Below, one piece after another: positions 53,173 to 64,000 of a stretch of 64,000 bases of DNA. Position numbers and translations under genes: made by a program. The notes beneath the pieces were generated by a model. The model did not search any database. It saw only the letters and a program-made list of their open reading frames with translations, and was not told the DNA's origin. Origin of the DNA: the human T2T-CHM13v2.0 reference genome, Homo sapiens; the NCBI RefSeq assembly GCF_009914755.1, contig NC_060930.1. The stretch is one strand, 5' to 3'. The first letter of the stretch is position 1, and every line of letters begins with the position of its first letter.

Positions 53173-55690
53173 GGCTAGGAGTTTTAGACGACTCTGAGGT
53201 CCCCAGGATTTCAGCCCCTTTTGAGCCCCTGGCAGGGACCAATTTGAAGAAGCACCCTCCAATCGCAGAGTGGCATTCATACACACCCACCTCCACTCCC
53301 TACACACACCCCCTTCCTCTTCAGTTGTAAACCCCTCACCATCGAGCCTGCTCCACCTGCGTTGCCTCTGCCAGCTTCACACAAAAGGCATTCTCTGCCT
53401 CTTGAAACTAAAGTCTGGGTGGGGTTGAGTTCTTATGAACTCTCTTGAAAGACAAGCTTTTAGTTATCTCAGATTTCTGAACTCTTTTCAAAAGCCTATA
53501 ATCTATGTCCTGATCACTGATACCTGATCCAGCTATGCAGCTCCTTAAGGCAGCAGGTCAGATGCTTGCCTCTTATGGAACAGACCTACACACATTCCCA
53601 AGTTCTTTACCCTTCTCCTGCTTTTAGCTCAAAAAAATGGCTGAAACTTTGACTACGAGGCTATAAAGACCATTGAATTCAATACCTGTCAGTGCCACTG
53701 ACTAGCTCCTTGAATCTGAAATCAAAGTTAATGTGTCTGTCCCCAGTTTTCTCATCTGTGAAATCAGAATAATAATATTATCTACCTTGTAGGGCTGCTG
53801 TAACAATTAAATGTGATAATAACTATAAAGCACTTACCACATGGCCTGACAATGGTAAACAACTAGAACTGTATTCACATAGTTTCATGTATGAGAAAAC
53901 TGAAGCTCAGAGAGAGAGATAACATATAAAAAGTCACAAGGTGGGTAACAGTGAAATGAAGGCAACTTCTGCGTCCTACTCCAGAGCTCTTGCTCTGGTT
54001 CCATTTGGATCATAATTACTGTGATGAAATCTTTACTATCTGGGACAATTTACATTTGCTCACCTTGTAGTAATGAGCCCTTGAGAGGTAAGGAGACATT
54101 TCATTATGGACCTCATCAGTAGGTCAAATGGCCTAAAACCCCAACTTCATAGGTTTTGGTGTTCCCACATTCTTGATAGACTTTTGAGTACCTTGGGTCC
54201 TTGCCTCCAGCAATGAGAAGTGAAGGTACAGGAGCACACATGGAACAGGAGGAAACAAGGAACATTTCATGTCCCTGGTGCACCTGAAGGTATCATGGGG
54301 CTGCAATTGCCCTTCACCCATCCTTCTTTGGAGCCTTAGTTCCCTGTTATCTCCTTCCAGGAATTTTGCTTTCATCCCTTAGCTATCTCCTCACTTCCAG
54401 GATCTTCTCCAGTCCCTGTTTCCTTCACACTCTGCCTCTATGACTTTTCTAAAGGTCAGGTTTGTTGATATCACTTATGTTAAAGTGCCCCAATTCCTCC
54501 TAAATTCTTACACTTTTAGTTTGAAATTCTCCCATGAAGCACTCAAGGTCCTTTCTGATTTGACATCGGCCAGATTTCCCTGATGTAACCTTCCCTCCAG
54601 AAATGTTCTGATTCTGGTAGATAGAACTGTCTTCATCACCAGAGTCCACCTATCTGGGGTTGACTCTAGATCAAATCTTGGCAAGTACTTTGGGATCATT
54701 CCTGAGATATTTTATGATATACAAATTACATATTTTTATTCAAAATGATGGATATAGCTTTATCAAACAAGACTTCTGAGGTAACTTTCTGAGACTTGAG
54801 TCACAAATCAGGGTTCTGGTGAGCTTGACCACGCCTTAATATATATTAGGAGCCAGTTCACATCCTCACCCTCCTCCTTAGAATTTGGCTTGATTTATTA
54901 ATTTACATTTTAAAACCTATTCTGTCCACAGATAGAAACATTATTTCAGGTCTGATTTCATCAATCAAGAGCATACTCTTTAGATACTAATCAGTAGAGT
55001 CCAAGATGGCATTATTTTCTCTAGTATCTTTGAAACATTATTGGTTCACTTATTTTAGTTTTTAATTTTTATTGGTTCACTTTTAACTTAAGGTCAAATA
55101 AACATCAAAGTTTATATGAATTGCCCCTGCAATGCTGGTGCCTATTATTGTCTATCCACCCAAGCAATTGATCTTTTAAATCTGAATTCTATCATCTATC
55201 AGACTAGCTATATTTATCATCTATCAATGATCTACACATTTGATCAGCATACCTTTTGTGTCTTCCACCAAATACATTAAAGTTTATAGGATAGAAAGAA
55301 GCCAAGTGAAGAAGTTTCTGCCCAGGACTAGAGTTTAACTTACTCCTTATTTCTTAATCAAGATGCTTGTGGTTGATTTTTGGTTAAGCTATGTTCCCAT
55401 TCAGTGATCAGCACTCACATATGTTCATAACTCACTTGTTTAAAATTTGTCTTAAAAAGTAGTAGAAGCGCCAAGTGGAGCTTTTTCTTAGGTTCTGAAG
55501 TTCATTTCCCCTGCTTTGGAAAGTCAAAACATTTGCATGTCTACCAAGACATCTAGCATTCATGCTTGCAGGCAGGGATGGTCCTCAGTGTGTATACACA
55601 GGAATATGCACGGCAGTTGTTGGAGCCCAGGATTTGTTCTGATTGGTTGTGCCCATGGCATACTTCTAAATATATATGTACACACACACA

Positions 55691-55978
55691 TTTTGGGACA
55701 AGGTCTGGCTCTGTCACCCAGGCTGGAGTGCAGTGGTGTGATCTCAGCTAACTTGTAACCTTTGACTCCAAGGCTCAAGCCATCCTCCCACCTCAGCCCC
55801 CTGAGTAGCTGGGACTACAGTCGCATGCCACCAAACCCAGCTAATTTTTGTATTTTTGGTAGAGATGGGATTTTGTCATGTTTCCCAGGGTGGTCTCGAA
55901 GTGGTGATCTTAAATGATCCACCCACCTAGGCATCCCAAAGTGCTGGGATTACAGGCATGAGCCATCCAACCCAGCCC
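55691..55978 (-). mobile_element. AluJ
   Basis: Antisense dimer, ggctcaagccatcctcccacctcagcc. Confidence 0.85.
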
Positions 55979-56324
55979 TGCTAAATATTTTAATATCAGC
56001 TTTGATTGCAGAACCAATACAGGCAATGTAAGGTTTTAATTTTTTATCTTGAGATCTGCTTGTCTGTGCTGTGTCAACAAATTCACATAGAACAAGTAGG
56101 TGACTTTTATTAATATCTCAGGTTTAACTTTATATTTCCTCTTTGTTCTACATTTTTTTCTTCTTTTAAATTTAAAAAATGCATTTTTCTTACTGGAGAA
56201 GAAAGAAGCAAAGGATGTGTTAAAGAGAGTAGCTTTTTATCATTGTCAAGGCGTAACACTCTATCATTTTACTCAAATTCTGTATTACCTCTTCCTTATT
56301 CCTGTTCTGTTATAATTTAGCTTG

Positions 56325-56326
<2 letters not shown>

Positions 56327-56360
<34 letters not shown>
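56327..56360. repeat. (CA)n microsatellite
   Basis: Direct reading. Confidence 0.95.
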
Positions 56361-56365
<5 letters not shown>

Positions 56366-59336
56366 AAGAAGTCAGTGCAGGGCCATCAGAGGGGAGGCAC
56401 AAACATTTGGGAGATCATGGATCCTCCTGGTTGTTGCCACTGTTTGAAGACTATAAAATTTCTTGTTTCCCAGTAGCAAGTGCAGCAGAAGGCAGGTAAT
56501 GAATTTTCTGCTAACTTGCCTAAAATGAAAGATTAATCATCCCTCAGAAGGGTCAAGGTTTGAGTAATGCCAGCCCTAGTTACCTTCTATTCCAGTGATA
56601 GCTTTGGAAGGCTTCTTAACTGCTTCCCTGATTCTGAATTCACTGAATCTCACTTTTTTCTTTTTTTTTTTTTTTCTCTTCTACACTTTTTACCCTTTGC
56701 CACCTCTCATTACTTTCTCCTTTTCTCTCTCCTCATTGTGTACGAGAAAAAGAGTTTGGATTCAGGATTTAAACAATCCTGGCTTTAAGTTGTTTCTTGC
56801 TACACAATTTTGGGCAAGTTATTTAATTTTTCAGTGTATCAAGTTCTTTTTTTTTGTGAAAGAACATAACAGTGTGACTTTTAAAGATTAAGTAAGAATT
56901 TATATCTGGAAATGCCTGGCATACACAGTAACAACTCAATAAATGCTGATATAAGTTCCCATTATTTCTTTTTCTTCTTTCTTTTTTCATTTTCCTTCCT
57001 GCTCCATTTATCTCTTATATATATTCTTATCTGCTCTATTCCTTTTCTATCCATCAGTTAAAGAAGGTCCCAACCTTGAAGCTCCCAGCTTGTTAGGTTT
57101 TAATTCAACTTTTTTATTAAGGAAAATTTCAAACATATATAAAAAGTAGAGAGGAGTATAATTAAGCTCACATACCTGTTACCCACTGCATCTATAATCA
57201 ATACAACTCTCCGCTAATTTCATTTTACCTACATCTGAAAAAGCTTGTTACCACAGCCCCCACCCTTGCACACATACCCATACTCACTGAATTATTCCGA
57301 ACTAAATTCCAAACAACATATCACTTCACCTGTAAATATTGTCTGCCCCTTCTGATCATAGCCAGGAAGACAGCCAACATTTGTCCCTGGGATATTTCTG
57401 GGATGTCTACAGGGTGTTTCTATATCAAAACCTGGTGTTTTATTACTGGCTTTGATGCCTTTCACAAGTTGCCACAGGCTGAGGGATTGCAGAGCGAGAA
57501 AGGAGAAGCCAAATTGTCTCAGCCTTTAATTTGTTCTAAATCAGATTCTGATTGCAACTGTTATGGGGACACAGTTGTAGATTATCTGCCTAGGCCTTGT
57601 GACTTGGATGAGACAATCTCTAAACTTTACTGAGCATGTGCTTCTTATGTATATTGTTGTGGCCTGAAAAACATGACCTATAAGGCGAATGTTTGAATTC
57701 AAAATGTATTGATTGTTACTCGTGTTTCCCAGTCTTCTAGGAGTAAGAATTGGTCAGATAAGTGCCAATGATGAGAATCTCTGAAAAGCTGAGAAAATAA
57801 ACTGTCTGCCTTAAAAGGGAATTTGGTGATTTTTCTGATCCAACTCCCGCTTTGTGCAAATAGGTAAATTCAGGCCTGTAGAGGAGCGGCATTCTCCATG
57901 TTCCACAGTTCTATTGAGTTGTTGGTGATGGTCTGCAGTGTGTGCTGGTGATGTGAGGCATATTTATTCTTTCTTGGGGAGCAGTAAGGATCTGAGTCAT
58001 AGACTGCAGAATTTCCAGGTGTGAGGGCATCTGGTTTGGAATGGTGTGGGTCACTCAAATTCCTGTGTGTGGGCAAGGACACAGTGCTCTCTCCCCAACG
58101 TCCTTCCGGATCCATTAAAGCAGGAGTAATAGGAACACCATCTAGGGGAGTGCACATTATTTCTCTCACCACCTCCCCACCCCAGCCTCCAAGAAGCAGA
58201 GTTCTTCCTGGAGCATGTTGGAGGAGGAAAGCTTGGCATAAACAAGAGACCCTTCAGGAAGTCTGCGTGTCAGGGCCAGCTGCCTCAGTGAAGGCTCAGG
58301 TTTAGGGCCAGAGCCAGCTTCAACCATAGGTGAGTCCCAAACTTCATCATGTTTGGGGAAGATCAGAAAGTTAAGAACACGTGAGAATGAAAATTAAATG
58401 CCAAAGGACATTTAGTGATCTCTCTAGAATTTGCTTCCATTTCCAAACACATACATTATGAATAATTGAGCCTTGAGGGTGAAGCAACTAGCGGATTTGA
58501 AATTGAAACTCAAGTTTATGGTCTACATTTACACTATTGTGAATCTTTGGCCAAGTCGCCTTTCCTTTCTGAACTTACTTTTCCATTGCGAATTTGAGCT
58601 GAAGATGCCCATGCTACCTCTGTAACTGGCTGATTGTGAGGGCTAAATGAAATTATGGATGTGAAAGAGGCTCGTAAACTATAAATTCTGTATAAACTTA
58701 AGTAATAGTAACTTAAAATGGCAGACTTGGAGTAGATCCTATGCTTCATGCTTACAAAACTAGAGTAAGAAAAATCCTGGAGGCCTGAATGGAGATGCCA
58801 GATGCCAAGGGAGATTTTCTAATTCACGGAAAATAGTCAAGTAAAACCAAAGGGTGGACAGAGTTCTCTAAGTTAGACTTGGGTGGTTTCAGAGGCTATG
58901 GTTTGAATCTGAATAAAGAGGTGTACTGTCCCTGAGAAAGAATCAAACCTATTTCCTTTCTAATCAAAGGAACTAAAAACAAAAAACTTGATGTTGACTT
59001 TCAGGTAGGATTAAGTCATTACCAGAAACTAGGACAGGGAGTCTGAAAGCCCTCATTTCAATTTGTAAACTGCCACTCACTAACTACGTGACCTTGGGCA
59101 GAAAACTTATTCTCATAAGAATACGACCTCAAGGAAAAATTGGAGTCTGGTTGAGAAAACTAGGCAGCAATTGAGACATTGATTTTTCCCACCCAGGTGT
59201 CCCACCACGTTTAAGATCATGAACTGCTTGTAATTATAGGATTTTTAAAGTCAGGAAGTGACAGACCTTATAGCTTAATTTAGGCCTGGATTGGCTTTTC
59301 AGCCTTAATCTATGGCTCAGGCTACAAACATTTTCA

Positions 59337-59716
<380 letters not shown>

Positions 59717-62077
59717 TCAAATTACTTATATGTATGTATAATTTGCGTAATGTATATAATTTGGACCAGGGGAGGTGGGATCTCAATGTTCTCAGCACCA
59801 TTGACCTCCAAGGTCAAAAATCTAAATCCAAGGAGGTGTGTTTTGAAGAATGGAAAGACTGTAGCTGTCTGAGAGATGCACATAGGGAGCTACTGGGAGT
59901 GAAAACTAGAAGGAGGTTAAGAGCACATCAGGAGAGCTTCGAATACCTTGCTGGAGATTCTGGATTTGATGCTATAATAAACTGGTTAGCATCGCTGGCT
60001 CTTTTTAGGGGGAAAGATATCAGATAGGTGTTTAGAGTTTCCAGTGGCAATAGGGTAAAGGAAAAACTGTAGAAAGGAAGAGTCTGGAAGAGAGAAGACA
60101 AGTAGGAGATGATTTCAGCATTCCAGAAAAGAGGCAACAGGGATTTGATATGTGGCTCTGGCTGGGAGGCAGCTACTATGTGAGACAATCAGGGGATGAT
60201 GACAAGAAGTCCCTCCATGTGGCCTCCTGCTGAGCATGAGCTCCCTGAACAGAGATCTTGCCTCCAGGGAAACTGAAACAATGGAACAAGGGGCTTGAGA
60301 AGGCCATTTGATCTGACCATTGAGGCATAGTTTATGATGAAAGTTTCTCTTCTGCTCTAGAAGTTAGTTATTGTGTGACAAGCAAAGATAAAGTGGTGAG
60401 GAAAGTAAGGAATTTATAATAGCAAGGGAGGAGCAGCCATCTCTAAACACAGGCTTTGGGTAAATCAGATTTTCTATTTGAGCACCTGTTTGTTCATCTG
60501 TTGAATTAACTCTGGGTGTTTTTCTTGGGCTGGGTCCAGTGGTAAGTTTAAACTAATCTCTTTTTTCCCCCTAAAATTAGCCCTATGAAGTTCATATTAT
60601 TCTAGCAGTTTTACAGATGAGGGCCAGAGGCACAGAGAGCAGCTTGCCCAAAGTCACATAACTTGGGAAGGAATGAGGTTTGATATTTTGATCTCCACAG
60701 TTCTTTGAACTGTGATAGAGGGGAGACGGGCAGGCGAGTCAGCATCTGGGGCCAGGAGGTACCACAAAGCAGGAAACCTGAAGGGCTTGGGGTGTTTTGT
60801 GGCAGGGTGAGGCATTGCATGGGCTCCTCCCCTTAGATTAGAGGGCTCTTAGATTAAAGGGCTCTAAGAAGAGATCAGAAATCTGAGATAACCAAAAGCT
60901 TCTGTTTTCCAAGAGAGCTCTTGAATGCCCAGACTCCCCGAGACTGGTGGAAAATTAAACCCAGTGAGACTTCAAGAATTAAACCTCACTTAGACTTCAG
61001 TTACAAGGAGGTGGAGGCAGGATTTTGTGTGAACCTGGAAGAGGCAGGGCTGGTGGAGGGGGCTGGTTGGAAACAAACTTAGAACTGGAGAGGAAGAATT
61101 TATCATTTCCTAAACATGAAAGTTCAGCAAAGCTGGGCTGGCAGTGCCAATCTTATGGGAGGAGGGGAGATGTGTGGGAAGAGCAGTGAGGGAAACAACC
61201 CTGAGCCTTTTCACTAATCCACAGATTTTTCAGCATTTCTTTATCTCATTAGAGCCCATTAAGTTCCTGAATTCACTCCTTTCTTGTAGTTTCAAAGCAT
61301 TAGAAACAGCCAACGCACCAACACTTTCCAGTCTGTAATATCTGTTCCTTTGCCACTCCTTCTCTCTAAAAGGTAGGAAAATGCCAGTGGATTGGGGACA
61401 AAAAAATTTTTTTAATTAATGTGAGAGAATCCCTGCACAGCCTAATGACGACAAATGCCATAAATTTAAGAGTATAATTCAACCCTTTGAAACTCAGGTC
61501 CAAATAGGGGGAAAAAATGAGTAACTAATTTTTTTTAATTTTAAAGAGCTAATAATCTAATGAGGAATATATAAATTGTTCAAGAATACAAATAATATGC
61601 ATATTAAACATATTAAATACACTTATGATAGTGAGGGGAAGGAAAGTGGAGTTTGGGAAGCAAAGGATATAAATAATAAATAAAACAAGAGAGGGGACTT
61701 GCAAGGACAAATGATTGTGAACTTAGGAGCATGATTAATTAAATATTAGTGCTAGGGGTCCAAAAATTAAAACTGTATGGTAGACAAAAGGGAAGAATGT
61801 CTTGGTCCATCTCCTGTGAAGTCAGCAGTGATTAACTATGTTATTTATGTGAGAAACCCAGAAATTCCCGGGGCTCCAGGCCTGCATTCATCAATTCATA
61901 TAGTCTAAAATTTTAGCCAAGACTACTGAGAGGTCATTGGAAACTGTTGCTGAATGAATGGGGCTTGTATACCAGTTGAAAGGCAAAGCAACTTTATTTT
62001 TAGAGGGACTTGTGTCTCATTTCCATGATTCTTCTTGGGCTCTGGGCTTCCAGGCTATTAAGAGTAGTACTTGCCAC

Positions 62078-62538
62078 TATCTATTCACAATAGCAAAGAC
62101 ATGGAATCAACCTAAATGCCCACCAATAATAGACTAGATAAAATATGGTACATATGCACCATGGAATACTATGCAGTCATAAAAAAAAACAAGATCATGT
62201 CCTTTGCAGGGACATGGATGGAGCTAGAGGGCATTATCCTTAGCAAACTAATGAAGGAACAGAAAACCAAATACCACATGTTCTCACTTATAAGTGGAGG
62301 ATAAATGATGAGAGCACCTGGACACATAGAGGGGAACAACACACACTGGGGCCTATTAGAGGGTGGAGGGTGGAAGGAGGGAGGGGATCAGGAAAAATAA
62401 CTACTGGGCACTAGGCTTAATACCTGGGTGATGAAATAATTTGTAGAACAAACCCCTATGACACAAGTTTACCTATATAACACACCTGCACATGTACCCC
62501 TGAACTTAAAATAAAAGTTAAAAAAAATAGAAAAAAAA
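62078..62538 (+). mobile_element. 5'-truncated L1PA 3' end upstream of GPX5
   Basis: ORF2 C-terminus (IWYICTMEYYAVIKKNKIMSFAGTWMELE), 3' UTR, AATAAA, A-tail; degraded TSD aagagtagtacttgc / aagaggaatgcttgc. Confidence 0.88.
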
Positions 62539-63442
62539 GAGGAATGCTTGCAATTTTTGTAAATATATTATTTTTTAAAAGTTATTTACTTTTTTAAAGC
62601 ACTGCATTCAGAATGTCAGATTATTGTCCAGAAAGTTGGCAACATTAGTATTCGCCATTCCCCCACCCATCGTGTAAGAGACTCCTATACCAGACGGAGC
62701 CCAGGCTGGGAATCACCATTCCTTTTAACTTTTGCCAATCTGATAAGTGTGGAATGTGTCTTTTCGTATTTATACTTCTTTGATTATTGGTGAGAGAGAA
62801 CACTGTATCCTACCACAGATGCCATTTGATTTTCTGCCTCATGCCCATTTTTTTCTGTTGGTCTGGTAGTTTTTTCTTACTGATATATAAGCACTTGAAA
62901 TCATTTCTAAGGATTTGTATTAATTTGCTGTCCTTCGCATACATTGTGACTATTTCCCCTCCTCGAGCCAGTTTCCTCCTAACTCTTTTTGAGAGATCCT
63001 AGATGGCCGGCCCATTCTTTGATTTATTTTTAAGCTCAAATAATATTAGAAATAACATTTGAAATGTCTAGACCAACCCTTTTGCAGTGACTTTACTGGG
63101 AGGTTGCATCAGCATCTAGACACTTCCATACATTGAGGAAAAACAGACAGCCGTGTTTAAGGACCTCAGAGGGCTTGCTATCACCCATTTATAATTTTCC
63201 CAGAACTTATGAGTCCCAGGTCCTCATTGCAGTGGTAAGCGCTGAGTGCTCACGGGGGTGTGTGTGGGACAGGATGTGGTTTGAGTTCTGTGATCCTCAC
63301 CCCGACCTCATGCGTCGGGAATCCTTGCAGCCCTGTGACTGGCCTGTGGGGGCTTGGGCTAAGTCCCTGCCAAGATACCAAAAGACTGCAGAGGTGGGCA
63401 AAGACCTCAGGCCCCCAGACTAGCAATCTACAAACACTAGTC

Positions 63443-63529
63443 ATGACTACACAGTTAAGGGTCGTCCATCTGCTTCCCCTTCTCCTAGCCTGCTTTGTGC
63501 AAACAAGTCCCAAGCAGGAGAAGATGAAG
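63443..63529 (+). CDS. GPX5: Glutathione peroxidase 5 (epididymal) coding exon 1, signal peptide; gene continues beyond the window
   Basis: [29 protein letters not shown] then AAG|GTGAGT; same 29-codon exon length as GPX6 exon 1; recognised N-terminus. Confidence 0.93.
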
Positions 63530-63711
63530 GTGAGTGAGCTTCAGAGAGGGCATGGTAGTTACTCTTCTGTCCTACTTCTAGACCCTGCCCTCCACTCCTT
63601 CTTGTAAGACTCCAACTCCTGCTTTCTTCTTCTTTGCCAGTTCCCCTAAACCTTGCTTTTTTTTCTCCTTGAATCTTCTTCATTCCTATGGATGGGTATT
63701 CCTTGCGTTGA

Positions 63712-63763
63712 ATATGACTAGGGAAGAAAGGGTCTCCATATGACTAGGGAAGAAAGGGTCTCC
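63712..63763. repeat. Perfect 26-bp tandem duplication in GPX5 intron 1
   Basis: ATATGACTAGGGAAGAAAGGGTCTCC twice. Confidence 0.95.
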
Positions 63764-64000
63764 ATACCTTCTTCAGGTGGAGGTCCCCTGGAGACCTCTC
63801 TGGCCACATCAGTCTCTGCTTCAGAGCTGGGTCTGAGGCTGGGACAGCGATGGGCTTTAGAGTAGGTGGGGACTGGGGTTTGGAGGAGAAGCTGAGTGGA
63901 CTTGTCTCAGACACAGCTCAGCAACAACCCCTTGAAGAGGAGGAAAAAACGAATGTGGAAGTTTTAAGGATGGATAAAATCAGAGAGTTATCAGAGAAAC

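Noticed and set aside
60832-60866. Short imperfect tandem repeat (ttagatta.agggctct twice)
   Set aside because: Ordinary slippage duplication with no supporting context
62550-63440. Androgen-response elements for GPX5
   Set aside because: Expected from rodent biology, but I could not identify a convincing AGAACAnnnTGTTCT-type site by eye

Overview
Human-type genomic DNA that I recognise as the tRNA/GPX region of chr6p22.1 (extended MHC); a five-diagnostic AluYa5 and an SVA support a human origin. The window holds the complete five-exon selenoprotein gene GPX6 on the minus strand (CDS 53172->41719, 221 aa). The ORF track misses it because codon 73 is an in-frame TGA (48202-48204) read as selenocysteine, and a matching SECIS stem-loop lies in the 3' UTR (~41024-41100). 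Coding exon 1 of the paralog GPX5 starts head-to-head at 63443. There are three minus-strand tRNA genes: Thr-TGT, a decaying Leu-AAG and Thr-CGT. The rest is mostly transposable elements: solo LTR12, LTR13, LTR1-like and LTR8-like LTRs with target-site duplications (some nested), an SVA just beyond the GPX6 3' end, about 18 Alus, L1 and MaLR fragments, and ERVL pol fossils. The headline system, UGA/SECIS recoding, is established biology. The less-explored leads are the alternative SECIS helix register, the non-canonical GPX6 3' end next to a convergent SVA, an antisense nested LTR12 promoter in GPX6 intron 1, motifs shared between the GPX5 and GPX6 promoters, a duplicated hairpin element near 13.5/14.3 kb and an orphan CpG island at 27 kb. 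Apart from the GPX exons, the ORF-track entries look spurious. Repeat family names are from memory of consensus sequences and need RepeatMasker/Dfam confirmation.
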